A stretch of 57,383 bases of DNA from a virus (taxonomy: Duplodnaviria > Caudoviricetes), in the IMG/VR virus record IMGVR_UViG_3300028615_000012, positions 1 through 57,383 of that record, one strand, 5' to 3'. The notes under the pieces were generated by a model. That model did not search any database, was not told the DNA's origin, and saw only the letters and a program-made list of their open reading frames with translations. Below, piece by piece: positions 1 through 8,571 of the stretch (its first letter is position 1; every line of letters starts with the position of its first letter). Position numbers and translations under genes: made by a program.

Positions 1-412
1 CGAGACGGAATCCCCGATACGGTAGAACAGCACGTCACCGTTGTTTCCGAGATATATGCCACCGCCGTCGACATTCAGCGATTTGTCGAATTGATAGACG
101 AAGATGTTGGCCGAGCTCGCGAACTGAAACGCGCGATTCGGCGCCGTGATCGTGTCGTCGACATTCATCGTCACGTTTTCGACATCGTCGGTGTAGAAGA
201 TCCGGAAGTCAGCCCCGGTAATCACATCCATGCCGACGTCTGTCGTGTTGCCGACTGTTGTGACGGCCTGCAGGCTGGCCGCGGTCGCTGCGGCAGGGTC
301 GAAGTACACCGAGAATGTGAACGCATCGACCGTCGGGATCTTGACCTCTGCGCCCACGCCGTCGACGACGTACCAGACCATCTCGCCGTCACTGACGCGG
401 TAAGCCGGAACA
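1..412. repeat. Terminal overlap, left copy (matches 56972-57383; 11 mismatches in 412 bp)
   Basis: Direct base-by-base comparison; first 93 nt identical; mismatches at 94,97,103,133,211,220,250,256,293,294,404. Confidence 0.97.
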
Positions 413-672
413 ATCGTGCCGGAAACGACGTCTCGAGAGCCATCAAAGTCACCAGCGCGCTGCCACGCCGACGTTTCGACGACGTAAATGCCATTCTCGA
501 TCGGATCCGCCTGATCCTTGACGAGACAGCGCATGCCGACGAGAAGCGCCTTGCTGTTGACGGTTTGTTCGCCGGAGAGCGTGATTGGGCCGTTAGTAGC
601 GACATGAACTGGCGCCTTGATCGCCAGCCCGATGATGAATGAATCGACGCGGAAGTTTTTGACGGCGGTCAT
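1..672 (-). CDS. Tail fibre 2, 5' part; continues across the circular junction into 56534-56971 (about 369 aa total)
   Basis: ATG at 672 overlaps the upstream stop (ATGA). Reads MTAVKNFRVDSFIIGLAIKAPVHVATNG...DPIENGIYVVETSAWQRAGDFDG, paralogous to the N-terminus of 33822-37856, and joins in frame with ORF 56534-57352. Missing from the ORF track. Confidence 0.88.
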   Translation of the reverse strand, partial: MTAVKNFRVDSFIIGLAIKAPVHVATNGPITLSGEQTVNSKALLVGMRCLVKDQADPIENGIYVVETSAWQRAGDFDGSRDVVSGTIVPAYRVSDGEMVWYVVDGVGAEVKIPTVDAFTFSVYFDPAAATAASLQAVTTVGNTTDVGMDVITGADFRIFYTDDVENVTMNVDDTITAPNRAFQFASSANIFVYQFDKSLNVDGGGIYLGNNGDVLFYRIGDSVS

Positions 673-1193
673 ACTGGCGCCCTACCTATGCCGATGCCGT
701 AATCGGATCCCGTCGACAACGACGATGTTGCGCCGGCCGACCCGCTCGGCATTACAGACGAGCCTCCCCACGATCCACCAGCACCGGCATAAGCCGAAGC
801 GGCTGCGGTGACGACGTTGATCACCCCGGCCGTCAGGGCGGCATCAGCCTCGCGTTGCGCGGCGTCCGCTCGGAAATACATGCCTTCGGCGTCATCCTGG
901 GCGCGCCAGAGTTTCGCGAATGCCTGATATTTGCCCTCGGCCTGAATGTCACCGAGCACTTTGACCATGCCCGGAGTATCGACACCGCCGCCGGACGCGG
1001 CGGCTACCGCCAGCGCCCGTGAGTACATGAACTCACGCTCGCGCTCGGCCTCCCGAAAGTCCCGCGTCCCGGCGGCCAACCTGCGGCGACCAGCTTCGGA
1101 GTAGGCGGCGGATTCCGCCTCTTTGAATTTTTTGGTCTGCCATGCCTTATAGGCCTCGGCGCCACCGGCCGCGACTGCTGCTACGAAAGCCAT
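669..1193 (-). CDS. Internal virion/ejection protein (T7 gp14-like position)
   Basis: Ala/Gly-rich helical protein following tail tubular B and the gp13-like gene, the usual podovirus order. Confidence 0.6.
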   Translation of the reverse strand: MAFVAAVAAGGAEAYKAWQTKKFKEAESAAYSEAGRRRLAAGTRDFREAEREREFMYSRALAVAAASGGGVDTPGMVKVLGDIQAEGKYQAFAKLWRAQDDAEGMYFRADAAQREADAALTAGVINVVTAAASAYAGAGGSWGGSSVMPSGSAGATSSLSTGSDYGIGIGRAPV

Positions 1194-1630
1194 CCGTACC
1201 ACGCTCCATGTAGGTGTTCAAAACCCAACCTGTGCAAAATTCGGCAACCCTCGGCGTCTCGAGCGATTGCCAGCACCGGCCCGCGGTATTCCCGCACAAT
1301 CTGCAGGGCGTCCTTGACCGCCCGCATTACTGTAATACTTCTGAGGTAGGGCTGCAGCTGCGGCTTGTAATCGGAGAAAAACTTGCCCCACTCCGGCTCT
1401 CTGGCGACCCCTGCAATCCCAGTAACTTCGCCGTCTTGCGTCACCACGACGGCCTTCATCGAATAGCAGTACGGTTCGCCGTAAAAGGCGACAATGTCGT
1501 CAGCGCGCGCTGGCCGGCTGGCTATCTCCGGTCTGGTGTTTCCACCGCGACGAAGTCTGCGATCGCCGCCAATATCGTCGCTGGCCTCGGAGCCTGTGAC
1601 TGCAAGCATATTCGTGAATCCGGATCCCAT
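1181..1630 (-). CDS. GNAT-fold virion assembly protein (T7 gp13-like); start uncertain
   Basis: GEVTGIAGV strand and C-terminal RILHRLGF, typical of the GNAT-like gene after tail tubular B. Confidence 0.6.
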   Translation of the reverse strand: MGSGFTNMLAVTGSEASDDIGGDRRLRRGGNTRPEIASRPARADDIVAFYGEPYCYSMKAVVVTQDGEVTGIAGVAREPEWGKFFSDYKPQLQPYLRSITVMRAVKDALQIVREYRGPVLAIARDAEGCRILHRLGFEHLHGAWYGWLS

Positions 1631-4245
1631 TCGCCGCCGAACGGGAAATCCTCCTCGTGATATGAGTCGTAGACGGTGTCGGCGGCGACAACCTGCCCTT
1701 CCTCAACCTGCGGCAGATCATACAGCTGGCTGAAAGATGGGCCATATTGCACTCCGAGATGATGCAGCTTTCTGGCCAAAAAGCCGATCCGATTGACCTT
1801 TTTCGGCTCGAGCAAACTGATTCCAGTGAGCTCGCCCAGTTTCGCCGATTTGAATTGCGCCGTGTACCCGAGGCCGACAATGACATCGCTGGCCGCCGTC
1901 GCCAGCGTGATTTGACCGCTTGAAACCGTCGCCGTACCTACGTCCGCGCCATCGGCCCAGACGATGACATCCTCGCCCTCAAGATGATCGAGGCCGGTAA
2001 TTGTCGTCGTAGCGACGCCAGAGTAGTAGACGAAAGAATCGGCAATTTTGTTGACCGTGCCGCCCTCGGCCTCGGATTCCTGCGCCCACTTGCAGATGTG
2101 ACGTTCCGTATTGCCGTCAATGGTGCGCTTGACGGTGTAGTAAACCTGATCCTCGACGCGCCCAGGAAGCACAGCAACGTCCTCGATCTCGCCGCCAGCG
2201 CCGGGCGAGTCGACGTCGATCCAGCACATGACATTTTCCAGCCGGTCATAAATCAACATGCCGACCGTGCCGTCATTGCGGACACAGTGCACCCGTAAGT
2301 CAGGTTTCATCTGCACCGCAATTTGCTTGATACCGACTTGGTTAAAATCCGGCGCAAAAACCGACAGATCGGCCGATTTGTAATCCTGCACGTCGATGTC
2401 GTACAGGAGCTCGTATAGCCGCTGCTCAGTACGATCGACGAAAACCGCTCTCGACGACGACGGTTTGATTGAGAAATTGAACGGCGTCAGAGGCTCGTCG
2501 AAATTCGATGAGCGAACCGATAGAGGGCTGTTGCCATCCATTCGGTGTGCCGCCACGTTGGCGGATGTGTCGGACGTGCCCATCAGCAAACGCGCCATCG
2601 ACAACAACCAGTGAACGACCTTGATGGGCCCATGGCTGATTTGTCGCGAGATCGGCCCTGAATCGCCCTCGACCTCCTCGTCGAACGATTCGTAATCGTC
2701 AGACACCGATGCCCAGAAACGATCGTTGCCGGCCCATGTGAGCCGACCCTCGTTGATGGCCACGGCTGTTGGATAGCCTTGCTTCTGCGACCATGCGCCC
2801 TCGGCCCAGTCCCTACTGGGATCCAAAGAGCCGAACGGCTTGAAAACGGTGCCGCTGATTTGCGTCGGGCTGATATAGCCGCGCGCTTGAATGATCCCCC
2901 TGATCGAGCCATTGGCATAGATCAACGAGGCCGACACGGTTCCGCTTGTGAAGTCGCCAGATTTCACGCCAATTCGATAGTAAATAACCGAGCCATCCTG
3001 GCCGTCGTTGTATGTCGTGTCGACGTTACCGGTGAAAACCTGATCGGTGTCGTTCCACGGACCCTCCTCGGCAAACGAGAATTGCAGCGTCACCGTGGCC
3101 GTCCATGTGCCGGACAGGACGATCTGAAACTGTCGTGCGTTTGCAGAGCCAGTCACCCGAATTGGATCCGTGAAGTCATCCGCCCCGGAAATGTCCTTCT
3201 GCACTTCTTGCCCGTTCGAGTCGATGCGGAACAGCGCACCAAAGTTTGCGCCCGTGTGCCCGTTCTGATCGAACACCGGTTGCGACGCCGTGATTGTGAC
3301 GGACGGACCGTTGAGCGCGTCTGGCGCGAGCGTTATGCCCGACGTGTTCTGAGTAAGAAACGGCCCATCTTTCGGCTCGTAGGTAATGATCGACCAAGAT
3401 CGGCCATCGCCGCGCCGCTCTATTCGGATCAGCCTGTTCGCGTTTGCGCCAGTCGTTGATCCCCTTTTGCAAGCCACGTAAATGACGTCGCCAGATTGAT
3501 CCCACCGAAGGAACGGCAAATCCTCTGTCGCCCACGGCGTCAGGAGCGTGACGACGCCGGCCGCCTCGATGCTGCATTCGCGTATCCGGACAACATGCTG
3601 CCGCTCGTTGGCGAACTCAATCCAGAAATCGCCCGTTGGCGTGAATGACAGAGAGTGGAGTCCGCGGCCGAGCCTTGTCTCAGAGACGTAGTCGTCCCCG
3701 CCAGATGACGAGCCCACCTTGAACAGCGCGTCAGGATTGTCGATCTCGACAAACAGCGAATGCTCGACCCCCTGATCTGGCCCGGCGACCGTTACTTGCT
3801 GTCGAATGCGTCCGAAGTCCGTGCCATCGCCGGCGAGCTCGACAAAGCTGGTGCCCGCGTAAAAGACTGTTCCGCCGGGATCCGAGGCATCAGTCCAGAT
3901 CAACGAGCCATTGGTGAAATCGTCGTTCTGGACCGTCGTTGACACCCCCGGCCGCGACAACAGCGTGTCGCCGATCCGCACTCGCATAAACAAATTGGTT
4001 AGCTCAATCAGTGCGGTATCGTCGACCTCAAAAATGAACGGCATAATCCGCGCCTGCGCGTTTGCCAGCGTGTTGTCGATATATTGCATGCCCGGCCGCA
4101 ACATCATCGACCCGAGCACCCTGGGGATGTAGTTGCGCTGGATCTCGGCCGACATCGCCATGCGGTCAAGATCAATTCGAGCGAGGCCGAGCTCCGATAT
4201 GACCCCGCGGTTGAATGCGAGAATGTTACGTGTGTTGAACGCCAT
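1522..4245 (-). CDS. Tail tubular protein B / nozzle (T7 gp12-like), 907 aa
   Basis: N-terminal FNRGVIS...RIDL, LRPGMQY, GYPTAVAINEGRL, GLDHLEGEDV..WADG, VIVGLGY motifs; follows tubular A. Confidence 0.9.
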   Translation of the reverse strand: MAFNTRNILAFNRGVISELGLARIDLDRMAMSAEIQRNYIPRVLGSMMLRPGMQYIDNTLANAQARIMPFIFEVDDTALIELTNLFMRVRIGDTLLSRPGVSTTVQNDDFTNGSLIWTDASDPGGTVFYAGTSFVELAGDGTDFGRIRQQVTVAGPDQGVEHSLFVEIDNPDALFKVGSSSGGDDYVSETRLGRGLHSLSFTPTGDFWIEFANERQHVVRIRECSIEAAGVVTLLTPWATEDLPFLRWDQSGDVIYVACKRGSTTGANANRLIRIERRGDGRSWSIITYEPKDGPFLTQNTSGITLAPDALNGPSVTITASQPVFDQNGHTGANFGALFRIDSNGQEVQKDISGADDFTDPIRVTGSANARQFQIVLSGTWTATVTLQFSFAEEGPWNDTDQVFTGNVDTTYNDGQDGSVIYYRIGVKSGDFTSGTVSASLIYANGSIRGIIQARGYISPTQISGTVFKPFGSLDPSRDWAEGAWSQKQGYPTAVAINEGRLTWAGNDRFWASVSDDYESFDEEVEGDSGPISRQISHGPIKVVHWLLSMARLLMGTSDTSANVAAHRMDGNSPLSVRSSNFDEPLTPFNFSIKPSSSRAVFVDRTEQRLYELLYDIDVQDYKSADLSVFAPDFNQVGIKQIAVQMKPDLRVHCVRNDGTVGMLIYDRLENVMCWIDVDSPGAGGEIEDVAVLPGRVEDQVYYTVKRTIDGNTERHICKWAQESEAEGGTVNKIADSFVYYSGVATTTITGLDHLEGEDVIVWADGADVGTATVSSGQITLATAASDVIVGLGYTAQFKSAKLGELTGISLLEPKKVNRIGFLARKLHHLGVQYGPSFSQLYDLPQVEEGQVVAADTVYDSYHEEDFPFGGEWDPDSRICLQSQAPRPATILAAIADFVAVETPDRR

Positions 4246-4889
4246 TAGCCGATCAGCTGGCCACGATTACCGCGCTCGCGGTTGCCGCTGCGAAAGCCCT
4301 GTCTCGAGCGGGCCCAACCGCCTTTCGGCGGGAACTTCGCCGGAGACTCCATCGCGTCGGTTGCCTTTGCCTCCGACAGCCATTGCTTCCACAGCTGGTA
4401 CAGCTTTTTCTCCGAGATCTCGACACCGCGGATCCGCGGACCGGCTTTGAACGCCATGTAGTGCTCGACCATCTCGGTGAAATTCGGCGGCCAGAGTGTG
4501 AAATCCGACCCCCATTGCGTGTCGTCCGAGACGTAAGCGACGTAGATCGTCTCCTGATCGGTAAACCACCAGCTTGCCTCGTCGGCATAGCGCGTGATCG
4601 GGATGTTGAAATACTCGTCGTGAGCGACGCCCATGGTGCGCACGAAATCCGATGGCTTGTCGAAGGCGTATTGATAGCCGAACGACGGCGTCACCGATGG
4701 ACTGGCCTCGAGCTCGACCGTGCGCCGAGCGAAATTCCATTGGCCCATCTGCAGGACGCGACGCACAAGATCGTTGTCCCAGACGTCATCGAGTTTATAG
4801 CGCGGCTCGCGGTTTTCAGTGAGGCTGGCCAGTTTGCGCTCGCCCAGGATCGTGAGAGCGCCGTTATAAATCGTCAGCTTTGATGGCAT
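4245..4889 (-). CDS. Tail tubular protein A / adaptor (T7 gp11-like)
   Basis: SKLTIYNGALTILGE, WNFARR, FGYQYAFDKPSDF motifs. Confidence 0.9.
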   Translation of the reverse strand: MPSKLTIYNGALTILGERKLASLTENREPRYKLDDVWDNDLVRRVLQMGQWNFARRTVELEASPSVTPSFGYQYAFDKPSDFVRTMGVAHDEYFNIPITRYADEASWWFTDQETIYVAYVSDDTQWGSDFTLWPPNFTEMVEHYMAFKAGPRIRGVEISEKKLYQLWKQWLSEAKATDAMESPAKFPPKGGWARSRQGFRSGNRERGNRGQLIG

Positions 4890-4892
4890 CGG

Positions 4893-4938
4893 CTCCTCCT
4901 AAAAGCCAGCGCATCCCTGCGCTATAGAACGTCCCTGC
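4893..4938 (-). promoter_or_regulatory. Candidate CsrA/RsmA binding sites upstream of tail tubular A
   Basis: Minus strand reads GCAGGGACG, then hairpin AGCGCA-GGGA-TGCGCT (4908-4923), then SD AGGAGGA; both sites fit CANGGANG. Confidence 0.5.
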
Positions 4939-4942
4939 TCGG

Positions 4943-5446
4943 CTACCGAGTGAGGGCGCTCGCGTGATTTGACGCGAAACGCCGAGCTAGATCCTCCGTT
5001 GCGAAGCCCTTTTTCAGCACTTCGCCCTTGTACTTGCAAACGAATTTGTCGGTGCTGCCGCCCCACTTGATGTCGTAGGCCGAGGCCAGCTTTTCCGGCG
5101 TCTCGACGCTTTCGATCCCGTAGTCGACACGGAACCGCTCGCGGACGATCGCCCAGTTGTGGCCGTGATCAATGACGCGCACGTTGATTTCCCATGCCAT
5201 GTCGTCGGGCATGATCTCAACGATGTCGCCGCGGTTCAGATGACGCGCGATGTGCTCAAAGAACGACGCATCGAGTACCTGATCCGGAGATGTGCCAATT
5301 TTCGCGTTGCAACGCCATTCGTTGCGATGCTCGCCGGCGAGGCCAAAGCGATTGATGCTGACCGGCTTGATGTCCTGCGGTAGTTCTGGCGCTTCCTGCG
5401 CGGATTCGGTGACTTCCTCGTCGACCTTTTTTGCTGCGTCTGCCAT
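4943..5446 (-). CDS. Hypothetical virion-module protein (167 aa)
   Basis: GGAG RBS before ATG 5446; lies between the decoration protein and tubular A genes. Confidence 0.75.
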   Translation of the reverse strand: MADAAKKVDEEVTESAQEAPELPQDIKPVSINRFGLAGEHRNEWRCNAKIGTSPDQVLDASFFEHIARHLNRGDIVEIMPDDMAWEINVRVIDHGHNWAIVRERFRVDYGIESVETPEKLASAYDIKWGGSTDKFVCKYKGEVLKKGFATEDLARRFASNHASALTR

Positions 5447-5460
5447 TGATTTCTCCAATC

Positions 5461-5493
5461 AAAAACGGGGGCCGCCCTCTCGAGCGGCCCCCG
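5461..5493 (-). terminator. Rho-independent terminator after the capsid/decoration genes
   Basis: 10-bp stem CGGGGGCCGC/GCGGCCCCCG followed by T5 on the minus strand. Confidence 0.85.
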
Positions 5494-5529
5494 GATTGTC
5501 GCGCAGATATGGCTCTTGCGCCAGTCGGC

Positions 5530-5820
5530 TTAGGTGCCGTTGACGAGAGTTACGTCACCGTTGGCCGCGATCGCGGACACTCGAGTCATATCAACCGTGC
5601 CCAAGTTGTCGTCGACAACAAGGATCACGTCGTTGACCGCGAGCCCGTAGTCGGGGCCGTTGGTGATGTAGCCGGCTGCGATGACCGTGGCAATCGCGTC
5701 CGGCGAGCGGTAGGAGAACAGCGCAAAGCTGTCGCCTGCCGGAACCGCCGGGTCGTTGCCGCCTTCGCCAGTACCGACACGCGGGAGGCGAACCTGCAGA
5801 GATGCTGGTTTGAAAGCCAT
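5530..5820 (-). CDS. Capsid decoration/cement protein (96 aa)
   Basis: Small beta-rich protein right after the MCP; FSYRSPDAIATVIAAGY...LAVNDVILV pattern. Confidence 0.65.
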   Translation of the reverse strand: MAFKPASLQVRLPRVGTGEGGNDPAVPAGDSFALFSYRSPDAIATVIAAGYITNGPDYGLAVNDVILVVDDNLGTVDMTRVSAIAANGDVTLVNGT

Positions 5821-5835
5821 GATTCATTTCCTCCT

Positions 5836-6696
5836 TTACGCCGCTGCCAGAGCCGAACCGTCATGCGCAACGATGCACACGCCAGAGTTCTGCAACAGCA
5901 CTGAGCCCATGTAGATCGAGCAACGGGCCCAGGTGTAATCCTGCTCCTCGTCGTAACCTACCCTCATTTCCATGTCGTCAGCGTTGTAGGCATGGCCGAT
6001 CGCTGACTTGTGGAACATGTACGTCTCCTCGGTCGCGGAACCGGGGCCACCACCGCCGTTCAGGTTCGGGTGCACCGTCCAGTTCATGCCGAGCCAACGA
6101 TAGCTGACCGGCCGGTCGCGCCACGCGAGATCCGCGGCATCCATCGGTCCGTTCATCGTGTAGTCACGGCTCGAGAAGTCGTTTTCGCCCATCATGTACG
6201 CCTCGTAGGCAGGCGTTACGACGAACGAGATCCAGCCGTCCCACGGCACATCGTTGTTGCCGAGAACGGTCTTGGCCCGCAGAGTGCGGAGCGTCGATGC
6301 AGTCGTCGCGACGCCGATGTTGACCGTCGACGTAGCGAGCTCGCCGAAAATGTCCTGATCAATCTTACGATTGATGACACCGACGGACGTCTTTTGCATG
6401 ATCGCGCGCTGGTTGCCCTGCGAGGCGAAGATGTTGAAATCGGTCTTGCGCACGAGATCGTGCCACTCGACCAGCGTTGCAACCGGCTGATTCAGGTTAT
6501 CGCCACGAGCCGGGATCAGGCCGTTGACGCCGCGCGTCTTGGCCTCGGCACCGCCGGAATCCGCGACAAGGAACGTCGCCTGATTGCCTTTGATGACCGC
6601 TTCGGTCGTGGTGAATCCCCGAATAAGCGAAACCAGCTGCTCGAAACCGGCAATAAATTCCTGCCGATATTGAATTTGAAAAGCAGTTTCAGCCAT
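5836..6696 (-). CDS. Major capsid protein (286 aa)
   Basis: AFQIQYRQEFIAGFEQ, INRKIDQDI, FHKSAIGHA motifs; GGAGG RBS; follows the scaffold gene. Confidence 0.92.
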   Translation of the reverse strand: MAETAFQIQYRQEFIAGFEQLVSLIRGFTTTEAVIKGNQATFLVADSGGAEAKTRGVNGLIPARGDNLNQPVATLVEWHDLVRKTDFNIFASQGNQRAIMQKTSVGVINRKIDQDIFGELATSTVNIGVATTASTLRTLRAKTVLGNNDVPWDGWISFVVTPAYEAYMMGENDFSSRDYTMNGPMDAADLAWRDRPVSYRWLGMNWTVHPNLNGGGGPGSATEETYMFHKSAIGHAYNADDMEMRVGYDEEQDYTWARCSIYMGSVLLQNSGVCIVAHDGSALAAA

Positions 6697-6734
6697 TGAG
6701 GCATCCTCCAAAAAGTGAAATGTCCATTTCCACT

Positions 6735-6840
6735 GATCGGGTTAGCCTGCGATTGGCTCTGCAAGGGTTAGCCGAGGATCGGGGCCTTGCTTCGCCGGCA
6801 GGGGCCGGTCGGCGCCGGGGCTCGAGTGAGGTTAGCCGGC
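6735..6840 (-). ncRNA. Structured 5' leader of the capsid mRNA with three identical CUAAC/CC internal loops
   Basis: GGTTAGCC at 6740, 6766 and 6830 pair with GGGGC(C/T) at 6781, 6801 and 6817 through flanking stems. Confidence 0.7.
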
Positions 6841-6858
6841 AACGTGGTAGCACGAGAG

Positions 6859-6887
6859 AATGTAGATCAGGTATTCGGCACGGTCAA
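6859..6887 (-). promoter_or_regulatory. Sigma70-type promoter for the capsid gene
   Basis: TTGACC-N17-TACATT on the minus strand, just upstream of the structured leader. Confidence 0.7.
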
Positions 6888-6929
6888 GTCCTATGCTATT
6901 GTCGATGCGCCTCACAGATGGAGTTCAGC

Positions 6930-7142
6930 ATGGCCACGCTCACAATCACTGTCCCAGATCCACAGGTTCCACGCATCCAGACGGCCGTCGGTACATACCT
7001 GAGTCTGGGCCGAGACGCCACGGCAGACGAGGTTCGGCAGCTGCTCGTCAACCAGCTTACGCAGATAGTCCGAAGCGTCGAAGTCACCGAGGCCAGAATC
7101 AGCGCCGACGAAGGCTTCACGGATCCAGGTATCAGCGTTTAG
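6930..7142 (+). CDS. Small 70-aa protein in opposite orientation within the head module
   Basis: GGAG RBS at 6920-6923; MATLTITVPDPQVPRIQTAVG...; TATGCT -10-like at 6892-6897. Confidence 0.7.
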   Translation: MATLTITVPDPQVPRIQTAVGTYLSLGRDATADEVRQLLVNQLTQIVRSVEVTEARISADEGFTDPGISV

Positions 7143-7263
7143 CTTTGCGCTTCTTGCGGTCCTTGAAGCCGTCCGTGGCGTAATACAGGGCCACCTGCTT
7201 TTTTGTGAACTTGCGGCCCGACGGTGACTTGTAGGTGTTCTTGCCGGTTTTCTTGAACGGCAC
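7132..7263 (-). CDS. Small basic protein (43 aa from GTG; alternative ATG at 7275)
   Basis: Translates (M)PFKKTGKNTYKSPSGRKFTKKQVALYYATDGFKDRKKRKAKR; below the ORF-track length cutoff. Confidence 0.65.
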   Translation of the reverse strand: MPFKKTGKNTYKSPSGRKFTKKQVALYYATDGFKDRKKRKAKR

Positions 7264-7304
7264 GTAAACCCCCATTGGAGCGGTTTCGCTCACGTTGCAA
7301 ATCC

Positions 7305-8249
7305 CTATGCGGCGTCGTCGCCTTGTGCGGCCAAGCGTATCTCGTAGAGCTCGCGAAGTCGATTTTGCATCTTCTGATCTTCGTTGTACCGCTTGCGGTC
7401 CGTGCGCATGACGTTTTCGATCTCCGCAATCTCGTCCTCGGTTGCCTGCAGCGCCGTCATGTCATTCGGGATCGGCTTGCCGTGCGGATTGTGCAGCCGG
7501 GCCAGCTTCGCCATGCCCTGCAGCACGATAGGATCGTTGAAAAACATCTTGCCATCGCCGTAACGGCCGCCGATCAGCTGCTCGGCCGCTTCCTCGCCGA
7601 AAACAGATTTCAGCATGCCGTTGATCAGATTCATGTTGGTCGTGTAGTCGGACCCCCATGCCTCCTGTAGCGCAGCGATCGCCTCGCCTTTGTGCTCGGT
7701 GTCGACTTCGGCCATCTCGGCCTGCGTTTGCTCGGCAAAATCGTTGTACCAGCCGAGCGCCTCGTGGACGAGCTCCGGACTGGCGTTTTTGCCGTGCAGG
7801 CGTTCAACGAAGTTTGCAACGATCTCTTTGTCATCCTCGCCGATGACCAAACCCTCGGGCAGATCCTTGAGATAGCCGTCGGGCTCAAGCGGGATGTTGT
7901 TGGCGCGCCGATACTCCCTGATTTGATCCTCGGTCGCGTCCTCGGGGAGCTCCTCGCGCAGCTGGCCAGAGCGGATTTTCTGTTGCGCCTCGCGGAAGCT
8001 GTTACCGAAGGACTGCGGTGAATCGAAGCGGTCCAGGGTAGAGCGGAACTTTTCGTCGTCGCCGGCAATCTCGGCCCGCCAGTCGCGATTCTTGGCCTCG
8101 GAATAGTCCTTGATGAAATCGTCTGGGCTCTCGAACTGCGACAGGAGCTCCTTGCGGCCCTCGTCCTCGCCGACCAGTGAGTCGTACCAGTTACCTTCGA
8201 GTGCGTTGTTTTGGCTTTGATCGTTCGGGTCGTTGTTCAGATCGTCCAT
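7305..8249 (-). CDS. Capsid scaffolding/assembly protein
   Basis: Acidic helical protein with LQEAWGSDY motif, between portal and MCP. Confidence 0.8.
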   Translation of the reverse strand: MDDLNNDPNDQSQNNALEGNWYDSLVGEDEGRKELLSQFESPDDFIKDYSEAKNRDWRAEIAGDDEKFRSTLDRFDSPQSFGNSFREAQQKIRSGQLREELPEDATEDQIREYRRANNIPLEPDGYLKDLPEGLVIGEDDKEIVANFVERLHGKNASPELVHEALGWYNDFAEQTQAEMAEVDTEHKGEAIAALQEAWGSDYTTNMNLINGMLKSVFGEEAAEQLIGGRYGDGKMFFNDPIVLQGMAKLARLHNPHGKPIPNDMTALQATEDEIAEIENVMRTDRKRYNEDQKMQNRLRELYEIRLAAQGDDAA

Positions 8250-8571
8250 CGTCATTCTCCATGCTTCTGCGGGCTGCAATCTTATCAGGGTCAGTTTTCG
8301 CCGGCGCGGTCGTAATCAGCCAGACGAGTGTAGTGCCGGCGTTGCGTCGGCCCTCGGCGAATGCCGTGCCGTGCGGGTCCTCCGGCCGGTAGCTGGTGTC
8401 GTGAGTGCCGAAAATGCGCACCAGACAATCGAGCGCCAGTCGTTGCTGACGCGGATCGGCCTCGCCGCGCCAGACGGCGCGGATAGCCTGTACTTCTGCC
8501 TCGGTGTAGTCGGGACGCTCGAGCGGGTTTCGCTTCGGGACGCAGTCCGCGACGGAATCTCTGATCGCCAA
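8191..8571 (-). CDS. Bbp19-like small head-module protein
   Basis: SYRPEDPHGTAFAEGRRNAG motif directly after the portal gene. Confidence 0.7.
   Translation of the reverse strand: MAIRDSVADCVPKRNPLERPDYTEAEVQAIRAVWRGEADPRQQRLALDCLVRIFGTHDTSYRPEDPHGTAFAEGRRNAGTTLVWLITTAPAKTDPDKIAARRSMENDDGRSEQRPERSKPKQRTRR

Noticed and set aside
1-412. Diversity-generating retroelement TR/VR pair (imperfect repeat in a tail fibre of a BPP-1-like phage)
   Set aside because: Mismatches are not adenine-specific and are mostly synonymous, the copies sit at the contig ends, and no reverse transcriptase is present
1500-1630. Programmed frameshift linking tail tubular B to the GNAT-like gene (no start codon near the junction)
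   Set aside because: No slippery heptamer seen; in-frame ATGs at 1609 and 1630 give an ordinary overlapping start
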